Counted from the whole stretch's first letter, positions 12,640 to 25,357 are shown. The stretch: DNA of 63,682 nucleotides, filler included, from Asterionella formosa (GCA_002256025.1; 10 parts of 10 records of this genome joined end to end with filler, not necessarily neighbours in it), one strand, 5' to 3'. Program-made: numbers and translations. The notes: a model not told the origin generated them from the sequence alone.

Positions 12640-15600
12640 CTTGCTAGTTTTTGGTCCTACCCGATTGATTTCCATAAATGACGTGGAGGCATGATGGCAA
12701 CATAAAAATTATCTTTCTGTATCTGTTCCAAAACTTCTTGCGGTCTCAGAGATTTCCTTGGCTTGATTCCTGTGGTTTCAAAGCAGGAACAACAAATGCT
12801 GCCAAAAGTACTTTATGAAATTCAACAACGCTCAATTCAGTTGTATCATTGCATAAGGTATCTCCTCGCTCTTGCAAAAAATATACATTTATGAATTTTC
12901 ATTTCAGTTCAACTTTTCAAGGAACGAATACACGCTAAGAGATTGGTTGTTGTGTTGGAGAAAATAACATTTCCCCAAAGAAGTAGTTTACAGGAACTGT
13001 GTAGGAACTTGATCCATCTCCTTTCTCCCAGTTCAATTCAACCCAGTCAAGCCATTCACGAAAAGAGATTCCTGCATTTGAATCATTATTCCATTTCGGG
13101 TGTCTGATGGCATCTGAAAATAGCATTTTGGCCGGGAACGTTACTTTCAATTTTAACATGATAATAAAAGTCAATCCTTACAATGGAAATAGGCCCAACA
13201 CCATCTTCAAGACTTTTTGTTCTTGCTATTTCTATTGCTTAATTTGCATTGCTCTTTACGTAGTTGGCCCCCTTTGGTAAATCAGGATGAACCAATTGAG
13301 ACAAGGGTGCATCCTTACTCCGTGATACATGCTCAATCTTATTAGGGACACCTGCTATAGTCCGTAGACCATTTGGTGATGAAGCAGAGAATTGAACCTT
13401 AACAGGAAGGGATGGTGAATGGATATTGGTAGCAGGCGATATTCCCAAATTATCATGCAACATACTAGGCAACATCCTTGTATCCGGAATCATTCCTTCT
13501 GTTGAAATACCCTCAGTTACATTGATATGTACTTATGTACTTTACTCATCTTCTTCTGTTTGTTTTCTTTATGTAATGAATCACTTGCAAAAACAAGTTT
13601 TCGTGCCAAGGCAAACTGCCTTGTTGCACATGACCTTGTTAAAATGTCATGCTTTAATCGATGTAATTGTCCATTGACACGCTTACTGGGTCGCTCGTTT
13701 CAATTTGTCTTTCAAAAAAGACTCCAAATATCCACCAAAGAAATTAAGAGGCAATCCGAATGAGGGTAATGTTTCATTCTATGAAATTTCGCCATTCGTT
13801 AGCCAATTTGAGATATCATTTCCCGTTGGGGACCAATCATAATCTTAGTAACTGACATAAATCTCTTAACCCATTCCTCTAAAATATCAATACATGTTGA
13901 TGTATACTGCGGTATGAATAAAGTGTCATTGGTAGATATACATAACCATAACAGCAACGTGAAATCCTTTTCTAGGTGCATGTTCTCTGAACCCATCATT
14001 CCACCCATCGAAAAAATAGTTAACAGACATAATCCAGGGATTTCTTGCCCTGAAAAAATAGTTAACAGACATTATCCGGGAATTTCTTGACTATTGATAC
14101 ATCTAGCTAGCAGCCACTTTGTTCGAAGTATAGTTTCGAAAATACATTTCTGGTGCTGGTATAAGTGTGCGTTGGGTCTTGATTTTCGCCAGTGTAGATA
14201 TTTTTGGTAACTGGTGCTTGTGTCCTTTTTGGTCTTTGCCCGTTTCTTTGGTTGCTCTTGATCAAGAAAAGCAGTGTCTGTTGTTTCAGTGATACGTTTC
14301 GTTTCTGATCAGAGATGTTATCTGGAATATCTGGAGATTTTCTTTCTTTAAAAGAAACATGTCCATTCTTCAGGGATAGTCCGATTGTTGTACAATGATT
14401 CCAAAATGTACTTAAATATTCCAAGTAGAAATTGATGAAGAACCTCAAATGGTGGTGCACCAAATAATCCTTCTCAGTCACCAACAAAAAATGATTTATT
14501 AGTGCAGGCGTAATAGGATTATGCGATATAACACGGCACCACTTACTTGCTGTTGCGTATTTGCCATTAGATTGGGAGACACAATACTCTGATGGGATAC
14601 ATGGTAGTTTTCCATCGGGATATGCAATTTTGTCAAGAAATTTGTTTAAAAACCTTTTAGCATCTGACACTTTACGACGTTCACATCCAATTTCGGGATT
14701 ATCAGCATTTTCAGTTGAAACCAGCAGGCAATCACGACAAACATATCATCGATTTAATCCATTACCACCCCTGAAATCACGAATTTTGTTGTGCTCTTCT
14801 GTATCACCAATGATTATTCCAATCTGGAAATAAACCTTTGTCATACCAAGACCATGAACCCATATATCGTATGACTTGTTTGGATCGCTCTTCGAAAAGC
14901 AGGCGACAATAGAAATCATGGAACAAAATGGTATAATTTGAGTCTACATAAGGACAAGTCGTCACCAGATAACATATTATTCATTTGTTTCTCCAGATCA
15001 CTGACTTCGATGTCTGGCAAAAGAGATACCAATTGCCATTCATCAACTTTTTTCCTTCCTCTCTCTCTAACGCTAAGTTTAACATTGTCGACAAAAACGG
15101 GCAGATGCTCGGAATGTTTCATTTGTTTATCAATAGGTGAACCATCCCACCACTGAAAACTGCTAGGGCAACAAATAAACACCCTGTCTTGCCTTCAACA
15201 CTCCATTTTCTGATGCAGGAGAATTGTTGAATGCATTCTCAAACCAAGTCGCGGAAGTTACTTTGTCATGTACTATGCATGCGTTCTCCACAAGTTGTAA
15301 GTTTCACTTGTGGGTCACATACAAAATGTTGCATAATATCGGAATCACGTAACAATCCTGCCATGAGCTGTACTGGTTAGAAATAATGGAGTGTGCGTGG
15401 GATGATCATTTTTGAATTGTTATCAATCTGTATTTGTCTGGTCAACAGTTGACCACCAGCTAATGTTGGTGGAAATGAAATGCACATCCATGCGTTTTTT
15501 CAAAGTCTGGTAGGATGGAGCTTGATACCTTGCTTCCATCAAAATATTTCATTGCTTTGGCCTTGAACAGCCATTTCATTAGATGATCAAAGTAAACTGG

Positions 15601-16190
15601 TGGAAGGTAATTCTCGTCAAGGAATAAAATGAGTTCTAATTCGATTGGATGCATGTTTAGGAATGTTTACTTGGAAGCTGAAATTGAGGAGGAAGGGGCA
15701 TTTCCATTGCATTTTCAGGGAGAAAGCCGGTGCGATCTTGGAAATCTGAATATTGCATGGTCTCTGAATTCAATCCTTGCATAGTTTTTAGTCTCAATTG
15801 TTCGTCTTGTTGTGACTAAATATTGTTACAAACTGAATCGTCGCTGTCGTCATGAAGTGGATGATTGTGGCCACTTGATTCAAGGAAAGGACACATAATC
15901 TCTTCTTGTTGTCTACTCTCGTCCCTAAATGCTGCAGCAGTTACACTGCCATCATTAACTTCTTTCCTTGAATGATTCGATGCACTACCGCAATACATAG
16001 TTTCATTATGTATTCCAGGAAATCGATGTTCTTGCATGCAATGTCGACAGTGACCATATGCATAGAAAACACGGTTGCTACAATTTCGATTGTGAGACTC
16101 AGATGGGGATTTGTTCTTCCGAAATTTGTAGTTACACAGATAACACCATTTCAATGTACGCAAAGACATTGCAAATTTCAAATAATGACA
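12640..16190 (-). pseudogene. Plavaka-like transposase pseudogene
   Basis: Fragments in order: DGSPIDK..H..PV, WQLVSLLPD, CRLKLYH, GIIIGDTEEHNKI..CRDC, and C-terminal RHPKW..EWLDWVELNW..YTVP. This matches my recollection of the Plavaka layout. Many stops and frameshifts. Confidence 0.6.
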
Positions 16191-16732
16191 AAGTCAGGAT
16201 ATGAACAGGATAGAATGAAAATGAATTATAAATGCCAAATTTAGCATCACTCCGATCATGCTTTGCCGGACAATACAGAATCGTGAAATTATCACTCCAC
16301 CATAGTAGTAAAAATGGAGGTACACCGCTACATACATTAGAGGCGCCACTACTAGTAGCATAGAGCAGCATCAATGTTTTCCTAACATCTATAATATGGT
16401 TTGTGCATTGTAGAAGTCTCACACTAACATCTATATTTATTATGTAACTACTAAGCATGCATTGGATTCTATTAGATCCATTCAAAATCAACGTCGTCAT
16501 CAATGTCCCGTTGATTAATGTGTTCATTGTAATCAATATTCTTCTCAGGAACATTTGGTTGAAGTGGTTCAACATATTGATTCATATCCTCTTCACTTAC
16601 GTTGGGAAATGAGAAGTATGAGTGTGGGTAGATGATATTTGTTGTGGAAGTAGCAATTCTACTAGGATTCCTTCCGTATTCAGATCGATTCTTTTGTGAA
16701 AATCAAGTGTAGATTTCCTTATAATAACCGAG

Positions 16733-18649
16733 TCAATCAACATCATCAGTCCATAGATCAGTGAGACCATTTGAAACTGAACTTTCTTCCCTCAAACTTG
16801 TTTTGATAAGTGGTTTCCCACCAAGGTCGACAAAATCGGTAGAATGACGAATATCCTTCTCTGAGTTTTCGTGGGTATCTGGATTGAAACCCAAATATTT
16901 CTGTTGCAATCGGAATTTTCCTTTCAGCACCAAGAAGCAAAATGCTTCTGTACTGGCATTGATCAGTGAACCAACATAACGTGATTGCAATTCACACTGT
17001 GCCCAAATTTGAAATTTGGTCACACCACATTTGTCTCCTGTTAAAAATGGTTCTCCACGGCTTGTCCTGCCTATAAAAAACACACTGGAGCAAGAACATC
17101 ACGCCAGACTTGGTGTCCTTGGCTTTCCCTGTCAATGTCCTTTATTTGCGCAAAACGATAAAGCGTTAACGCCCACCTAATAAAGTCATCAATATCCATA
17201 GTCTGGAAGTTATATTCTGTTAGAGTGACCAGCTGGTGTGTCATGAATTATGTTAGCTTTTTTAAATTCAAACATATTTAATAAGAATATAATCACCAAC
17301 TCAAAACATCATGCTTTCAGAGCATCTCCCGCCCTGCAAGAACTTTCCTAAGATTCCTTTAAAATGATTATTCAATACATTCTGACATTCTCTAGTTCAA
17401 CTTTTTAATGCACATGCCACCAAATGTTGACTTGATTTAATCTAAACGTGCCTTGTTGGTACGTTCAATGGTTTGATTCATCGGAAGTAGTGCATCAGAA
17501 CCATTCCATATGAAATCGCTTGGCAAGCTTTGGGTCACTCTCCAATTCTTTGCCTAGCTCCAGTTTCACTGTGTATAGTCGAGTTAGGCAACATTGGGCA
17601 AACCAATCCTGTTTGTGATTGGAAATGCCTTTCATACTACTTTGACCAGATAGGGCGGGATGTTTGATTCTCTTTTGGGAACAGAAAAAAGCACATTAGA
17701 TTGATATTCTGTTTTACAGTACCTGCAATTCACGAACTATAACCTCAAACTTACATGTTCACAGCAAAACTTCTTGGTCTTGAAAATAAAAGCAACTCAC
17801 AACCTTTGTGACAATTGATAGTTCGGTTCAACTTTAGCTAAGCGGGAAAGACGTTCTGATAAGGCTGCTGAAATTGAAGACTCTTGATAACCTCGTATGG
17901 ACGAGGTTTGAAACAAATTACGATCTTTGTAGTAATTGTGTTCATTGACCAATTGATAATATCCTTTGGCAAGTGCAAAATGTTTTTCCCTCAGTTTGTC
18001 ATGTACTTGTTGGTCCATGCGACTAGAAAATTTATGATATGGTACCATGTCATCCATCTGCATCGGGTACTTATTAATGGTATCATCGACAGGAGCCATT
18101 TTTCTTGTATCAACAACTGAAAAAAAATGTCGTCATCGCTTTCAGTATCAATTACGGGAGCCTTTGTACCAGTAGCTGATGGTGTCCCCATCGACGATGG
18201 GGTAGTACCCCCACTAACTCCCTGTTGCCGATTGGGTTCCTTTTGATAATCGCCTGTTCGCTTTTTCTTTGTTAACTCATTTTGGTACTTGCTTCTTTGT
18301 TCCATACCGGCAGCATTTGCCACATGTTGCTTGTATCCATGAACCTCTTTATTGGTTTTTGAAGAAATTGTACTACTAGATAACTGTTGTCGTTGTCGTC
18401 CTTAAAGTTCGATGATCTTAAAATCAGGCGTTGCAAGCTACAATGAAATGAATCATCAGCCACTACATATAATATTTTACGCTGTCTAGATATGATACCA
18501 TAGAATCAACAGTGCTATTTACATTATCATATAAAAAATCAGAACCGAGTTTGAGTAAGAGCATATGTTGTTTTCAATTATACGACTATACAATCCTAAA
18601 AATATGATGATTTACTGTCCCGCTGCAGGAGAAGCAGTCATGAACATAT
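16733..18649 (-). pseudogene. Degraded accessory gene of the large transposon, copy B (longer copy)
   Basis: Direct repeat of 9244-10736; ORF fragments 18272-18463, 17991-18323, 17797-18099 and 16733-17083. Confidence 0.7.
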
Positions 18650-19018
18650 TGTGTTCTGTTGCTCGTTTGCTACTACGACTACTCATTTTCAATTTTATGA
18701 TCATACGATCCTGAACCTATGATGATTTACTGTCCCGCTGCAGTAGCAGCAGTCATGAACATATGGTGCTCTGTTGCTTGCTCACTACTCCGACTATTCT
18801 TTTTCAATTTTATGATCATATGATCCTGAAACTATGATGCTTTTTTACCCTGCTGCAGTAGCAGCAGTCATGAAAAGATGGTGCTCTGTTGCTCGCTTAC
18901 TACTCCGACTATCCTTTTTCAATTTTATGATCATACGATCCTAAAACTATGATGATTTACTGTCCAACTGCAGTAGCAACAGTCATGAACATATGGTGTT
19001 CTGTTGCTTGCTTACTAC
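18571..19018 (+). repeat. Minisatellite, 115-bp unit x ~3.9
   Basis: TTTTCAATT unit starts at 18571, 18686, 18801 and 18916. One partial unit ends copy A (~10660-10736). Confidence 0.95.
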
Positions 19019-22000
19019 CTGGTACCCCCAGTATATCACTTCCTACCTGCTACTGGTACTCTGTATAACTATGATAAAATGTTATTGTCGTATGATGTAC
19101 CGGTACACATGAAGAACTCCTGCCCAAAAAAGGGGCTTAAACAATTTGCCAAAATCCTTGCGTATAAATAATGATACAAATGGGTTATGACTCAGTACAC
19201 CAATTGAATAGTCTAAATAATTAGTTCCAACGGACGTTGAAAATATTGATGCAAACAATTTTCAAAAAACAGTACCAGTACACGAAGTCGTGGAAAACAA
19301 TGGACATATAGTGCATTGAATATTTTCGAATTATTAATATGCAAATATGATTATCTCAACAATACCAGACGTTCCATATTGAGAGTGCCTTTGATTTTTA
19401 TAAATGTATGACACTTGATATATATATTCATATATTTACAAATTTTATAACTATGCACATGACAAATATATTTGAAATCCTTCGGTCATGTTGACAAACC
19501 AAGCCTGCTTCATGAAAAAAAATATCGTAGTAAAGCACATGACAAGAAAGGAAAGTTTACGCAATAACGAAAAACATTGTGGCTTTGACACATTGCGCCT
19601 TGGAAGGATGGAGTATGTTTAAGGTAATGAAGCCATCAATGTGGTACATGGATGAAAATCGTGGGGAGGCAGGACAACAACAAATTGTTAACTAAATGCA
19701 CATTTCCTTTTTTCTCAGTTGATTCATCAGCTTGTTTCGCTTGTTGGGGAGCACCAATGTAAAACAAAACAAAATTGGTATGTGATCTTGTCGTTGGACC
19801 TAGTATTCACTTCTGATGGAACATAACTGACGGACATGCCACTTTACCTTCTCTCAAAGTTAAGCTAACGAAAATGAATCGGTAAGTTTTATTTGGCAAC
19901 ATTCGAAACCTGAAACTTACTTATTCAAGAATTTACTGACAATATACTATTACAGACTTATGCATCAGTTGCATTGATTTGGCTGTGGTAAGTGAAGCAA
20001 GCAAGAGGATACAATAGAATTGCGTGATGTTCTGTCAGTGTAACATATCTAGCTAACAAGTCATTCCTTCTCATGCTCATTATTACTGTAACTGCATAGG
20101 ACAATAAAACCGATCAAACAACAGAATAGTCGGCAAGTTCAGAATGACACTAACAGCAAGGAGAGAGACGCAACATTAGTAAGGCATTGCTTGGCACAAG
20201 ATTCATAAAAGAGGAAGAAAAGGGCGAGACAGGAACAATATACATTGAGCTGAGTAGAGAGAGAAATGTTGGGTCGATGGCATGTAGAATAATAGATAGC
20301 ATTGCTAAATTTGATCGCTAAATTACAATCCATTTCAATCTATTTTGAACAATGCTTGTGATTAGAAATATGATCATTTTTGAGATAGATTTACGATGAA
20401 ACAATTCACATGATCGCATAGAGTTGAGCTGATTTTTGGATGCGTTGTAGTAATAGCTAATTTACATCAGGCGATCATGAGAATTGAAAATAATATGAGA
20501 AGGTTTATGATGTTGATGAGAAATGTTGTTGATCAGTTGATTCACATTGTGTGATGATAATGTTCTTATTATCATTATACTTCAAGGTCAGTAAAAAATT
20601 AATAAATCATCATAGTTATTGGATGTTAAAGTATTACCTTTTGTATAGATCTATATCGTTAGACAAAGAAGACTATAGATAGAGACGTTCGTTTCTCTTT
20701 CCGTTTCTATATTCTTATTGTGAGTTTACTAATCTAGTTTAGGTTGTTCTNNNNNNNNNNNNNNNNNNNNNNNNNNNNNNNNNNNNNNNNNNNNTTAATT
20801 AATTAANNNNNNNNNNNNNNNNNNNNNNNNNNNNNNNNNNNNNNNNNNNNAGGGCAGATTGCACTCGAACAAAAAGTTACTAAGAGAGTTTGGAATGGAA
20901 AGCCAGCCTAACCCTTCTAGTAGCTATAGGATGAATCATTGGGAGTGAGTCGAAACTGAAAAAGTGCACAAAAAGGTGCACTCACGGACCTTCCTGGTAC
21001 AAGGACGGAGGGTTGAGAATAGTCGTGGTGATTTTTAAAATTTCTCTGGGGGCATTTCGACTTTCTCTGTTCAAATTGCCCTAATGTGCACAATCACAAA
21101 AGCTACAGGTCTATGTATAACATAAATGTAGTAAATTTTAAAATTTGCAACAATGTTACAAAAAAGCTTTATGGTTTTTTCGATTTTCGCTTATGGCCAA
21201 ATTGAGCAATATGAATTTGCATGACCGCCCTTTTTTCGAAGCACCAACCAGTATTTTCAACATGCATACATAAGGAGGGATGGGATTAAACAGTAGAACA
21301 ACGGCAACTTGCTTTCCATTAAGGATTGCACGTCTCGAAATTGGCGATGATGGGAAGGAAGAAAACGCCAGTATTATTATATGTTCGTTTTGGATGTCGG
21401 AACTGTTAATTAACTGGCGGAATGTTCGACGGCTGTCATAAGCTGTGGCGAGAATAATTATGATAGTGACATGTATACGGTATTCGTTTGATACGTATAC
21501 CGGTATTCGTTCTCCCTCAAATTTTTGTTTGGCCGGCCGATGTGAACAATTATTTTGCGATATGCGTATAATCCCAATTCATGCATGGGTACGTCTGAAA
21601 AATTGGTTTCGATTAATTTATCTAAAATCAGAACTATTGAATTGAGGAAATAGAATTTATACTAAAAACGAACGCATTTCATTTTTTCGAGTACGCCGAC
21701 CCGCACGTTGAAAATTGATATGTGTTTTACGTAATCCTTCCTAAAAATATTAAGTGGCTCAGCACTTGAGTCGCGGCAAATCGACGCAATCTTTTTTAAC
21801 GATACGGAGAACCAGGTACAGATCAGGCAGCATATGAATATGTGAATACATTGCTGCTACGGTAAAAGACGGTTTTTACTATAAGGAAAACACAGCTAAA
21901 GTGCTAGTTTGTCCAGGTACGCCTACGGTACTAACTTCCAGTCTACGTAACGTTGAGTAACAGGTACATACAGGTATTTCGTTGACNNNNNNNNNNNNNN

Positions 22001-23107
22001 NNNNNNNNNNNNNNNNNNNNNNNNNNNNNNTTAATTAATTAANNNNNNNNNNNNNNNNNNNNNNNNNNNNNNNNNNNNNNNNNNNNTTTTTAACAGGTTT
22101 TGAGGATGAGCAGTGATGATGAGCTTCTCGATCCTTGGATGGCAAGAGTATACTCTGCAGTAGTAGACAAAATGGTTGTAAATTATGGTAACAATCAGCA
22201 TTATATATGCCACCATCCTTCAGTGGAGACTGTTGACATTGCTGATGTTACTCCTTTGCAAGGAGGAAAAGCATTTATCCATGGGATTCTAGAGCACTGG
22301 TAATAGTTAAGAGGAATAGTTTATGATTTTATGCAGTTACAATGTCCAAATGAATTATTGCTGTTCCATTTTTAATCCAAACACAGTTCCAGTACATTAC
22401 CTTATACTCCCTCACAAAATATACCTACCGGTACTAGTACATGCCGTATGTACACTAGTGAGACATGTATCATCGTGGTACCAGGTACCAGGTGCAATAC
22501 CAGCTTATCGCTCTCGGTGTGAGTGATATGCTGCTTATGATGTGATGCTCGATTTCGACATCAAGCATTACATCCAAGCTGATTCTGGATTCCGTTTCTC
22601 CATATACTCGTGTGTAGAATTTGTCGTATGTAGATGGCTGGTACAAACGGAACACACCGACCTCAGTGTCCGGTAAAATGGTTGTGCAACTCAACTACGA
22701 TCTAGTTCCAGGCAGGTACCGGATAATCGTCCGGGAGAACGCCGTTAAGGTGATCTTCACAGTAACTTCAACCGAAATCACTAGCTTCACCGTGTTCGTC
22801 TTGATGATCAACAGTTCGATCATTTCTCAAATACCGGACGATTGTCCGATGGAGGTACACGGAATCATGGTACTTTGTCCGGTAGAACTGAACTGATGGG
22901 CAATTGCAGGATTGAGTAATCCAAAAACTGTACATATTAAATATACAATATATGTTTTATCTGAAGGGCAATTGGATATCGGTAGTTTGCATCGAGCATA
23001 GAAAATACCGGTATGTAAACTGAAAGGGCAATGTAGTGGTGGAAAGCGCGCCGATAGCTAGTATGTGAATTGCCTAGTTAAGACCATACTCGGGAGGAGT
23101 CTGCCAA

Positions 23108-23231
23108 CTCGTAATCTTGTGTACTTGACTTGGGAGGCCCTCGCAGGTTGACCTTCTCGCAGCGCCGGGGGCGCCACTCGTTCGGTCAACCCCTACTCGC
23201 GCCTCCCAAGCCTCGAACACAAGAATACTCG
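23108..23231 (-). other. Rod-like fold-back structure with periodic CGAG/CGAG internal motifs (structured RNA or ssDNA element), cut by the contig end
   Basis: Nested perfect stems: 23115-22/23217-24, 23129-38/23201-10, 23146-53/23184-91, 23162-66/23170-74. CTCG faces CTCG (once CTTG) in register in every junction. Confidence 0.75.
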
Positions 23232-23331
23232 NNNNNNNNNNNNNNNNNNNNNNNNNNNNNNNNNNNNNNNNNNNNTTAATTAATTAANNNNNNNNNNNNN
23301 NNNNNNNNNNNNNNNNNNNNNNNNNNNNNNN

Positions 23332-23733
23332 GCCGCCTGGTCGAGCCAGCGGAAGGAAAGCACCTGCCGCCTGGAGCGGCCCAAGTTCGCCATCGACGCC
23401 AAGGCCGGCTCGTTGAAGACCGCGCTGCAGGCCCTGGGCGTGCGCACCGTGTTCTCCGACCAGGCCGACCTGTCGCCCATGCTGGGCAAGGCCGCAGCCG
23501 GTACGCAGGTGGACGACGTTTACCACTCGGCCACCATCGTGATCGACGAGACTGGCGGCGAAGCCGCGGCCGCCACGGCTGCCACGATCCAGGCCAAGTC
23601 CTTCCAGCTGCCGCCGCCGGCCTGCGCGGTGGACCGCCCCTTCCTGTTTGCCATCGTGCACAAGGCCACCGGCGCACCGCTGTTCGTCGGCAAGGTGGCC
23701 GACCCGTCACTCGGCGGCAAGGCCGCCAACTGA
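23332..23733 (+). CDS. Bacterial serpin, C-terminal part
   Basis: ERPKF, hinge DETGGEAAAATA, reactive loop TIQAKS and serpin signature VDRPFLFAIVH...PLFVGKVADP. GC-rich bacterial codon usage. Confidence 0.93.
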   Translation, partial: AAWSSQRKESTCRLERPKFAIDAKAGSLKTALQALGVRTVFSDQADLSPMLGKAAAGTQVDDVYHSATIVIDETGGEAAAATAATIQAKSFQLPPPACAVDRPFLFAIVHKATGAPLFVGKVADPSLGGKAAN

Positions 23734-23807
23734 CGAAACCGATGGCCTTGTCGTCCTATGCACCGTCGGCGCACACCGTGCCCGCCCAACCCACCCAAGG
23801 ATTCACC

Positions 23808-24398
23808 ATGAAGCAACCCCTGATCTCCCTGCTCGCCAGCGCGCTGCTGTTGGTCGGTGCCGCCGCCCAGGCCCAATCCGCCAAGGACATCGTGCTCGAC
23901 CGCGTGGCCGCCCCGGTGGCGCGCCCGGCCACCGCCCCTGCCAGCAACGACGCCATGGCCATCAGCGTGCTGATCGAGTCGCCCGACGGCTCGCTGGCCC
24001 CCAAGTCGACCAACAGCCTGTTTGCCACCGGCGACCGCTTCCGCATCAAGCTGCTGGCCTCGCGCACGGCCAAGGTGTCGCTGTACAACACCAACCCGCT
24101 GGGCCAGTTCAACCCGAAGCCGGTGTGGCAGGGTGAGGTGAAGATCGGCCAGGAAACCATCACCCCGCGCCTGCGGCTGGATGGCAATTCAGGCGTCGAC
24201 TACTTGCACGTGGTGCTCGAGCCCGAGCAGGCGCCCCAGGGCGTGATCTCGTGGATCACCAGCTGGCTGACCAAGGAAGGCTCCGAGGCGCCCAAGGACA
24301 TCCGCCTGGACAGCGAAAACAGCCCCACCACCAGCTACCTGGTCAACCAGACCGGCCAGGGCCTGGTGTCCACCATCCGCATCGTGCACCGCCGCTGA
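23808..24398 (+). CDS. Bacterial secreted protein, possible DUF4384-like domain
   Basis: AAGGA ribosome binding site before ATG 23808. Sec signal MKQPLISLLASALLLVGAAAQA. FATGDRFRIKL...VSLYNTNPLG resembles DUF4384 (family call tentative). Confidence 0.75.
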   Translation: MKQPLISLLASALLLVGAAAQAQSAKDIVLDRVAAPVARPATAPASNDAMAISVLIESPDGSLAPKSTNSLFATGDRFRIKLLASRTAKVSLYNTNPLGQFNPKPVWQGEVKIGQETITPRLRLDGNSGVDYLHVVLEPEQAPQGVISWITSWLTKEGSEAPKDIRLDSENSPTTSYLVNQTGQGLVSTIRIVHRR

Positions 24399-24427
24399 GC
24401 GCGCGCACCTGAAGCGAGACCCACACC

Positions 24428-24466
24428 ATGAAACACCTCTCTGCACTGCTTCGCCGCACCGCCGTG
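24428..24466 (+). CDS. Start of a third co-oriented bacterial gene (signal-peptide-like MKHLSALLRRTAV)
   Basis: ATG about 30 nt after the previous stop, with GAG upstream. Truncated by the contig end. Confidence 0.5.
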
Positions 24467-24826
24467 NNNNNNNNNNNNNNNNNNNNNNNNNNNNNNNNNN
24501 NNNNNNNNNNTTAATTAATTAANNNNNNNNNNNNNNNNNNNNNNNNNNNNNNNNNNNNNNNNNNNNGCCGTTGTTGATCGTATTTGTTGATTTGTATAGT
24601 CGTTGACAATGATGTCAATATTGCTGCCAAGCAATGCATTTCTTGTACTAACGCGCTTTGCTACATTTCTACTACGAGTTCGTATCAGAAGCTACATGAC
24701 GAATACTCAGCTAGAGAGAGTCAATAGTGCTGGAGCAGCGTGGCGATCACGCTTGCTCAGAATGGAATGATCAGGGTTGCTTGTTTGGTGGGCAGCGGAG
24801 AGGAATGACTGTGGTGGAAATACTGC

Positions 24827-25357
24827 TACTGGTGTCAGGCTACTACAGCGATGCGCATGGTTGCAGAAACCAGACCATTTACGCTACATAACGATGTAGG
24901 TCAAGATTGGGTTCTGCTTTTCCCTTCTTATTTCGGTCTTCGATTGTGTGGTGATGGAAAGTGAATGTTGCCTGGTGTGTAAGTACTACAATGATTCACA
25001 ATGCATACGTCTCCATTGGAACTCTTATTTTTTATTTCATTTCTAACCCAAAACAATTTTTTCTATTTCTCATTTGATGCTACTTATTACATCGCATTTC
25101 ATACTTTGGTTGCTCCATACATCATGTTCAATTTTCGTTGATGTTGCATGTTACAATGATTCTTGTGTGTTTTACGCTTGTTGTACCATATCTATGCATA
25201 TTACCGTTATTCTGGTTGTCATGCCGAGAAATTCGATGTGCCCCATATTGCCCTTAAATAAAAATTACTTAAGAAATTATTAAGAGACTGAAAATTACTT
25301 AGAAAGAATGACCCGAATGGCAAGACGATAGCTGGAGCAGGAATTTCTAGTGCACTA
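24827..25357 (+). repeat. Dispersed repeat, copy 2 (matches 1-555)
   Basis: Direct sequence match to the window start. Confidence 0.95.

Larger units (their letters stand above)
8706..19018 (-). mobile_element. Large degenerate multi-gene DNA transposon (Plavaka/EnSpm-related); right boundary uncertain
   Basis: Contains a Plavaka-like transposase pseudogene, a duplicated accessory gene and a 115-bp array. An internally deleted inverted copy at 60301-61232 shares three segments, and similarity ends at TGYGTGTTATAA (8706). Confidence 0.6.

Noticed and set aside
18571..19018. Possible CRISPR array
   Set aside because: The whole 115-bp unit repeats with no unique spacers and no cas genes, in a eukaryotic context.
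20851..21986. Gene content in this contig
   Set aside because: No credible ORF. Only weak similarity of ~21160-21330 to ~46935-47095, too diverged to call.
23332..24466. Horizontal transfer of a bacterial serpin operon into the diatom
   Set aside because: Isolated contig with no eukaryotic flanks. Contamination is simpler.
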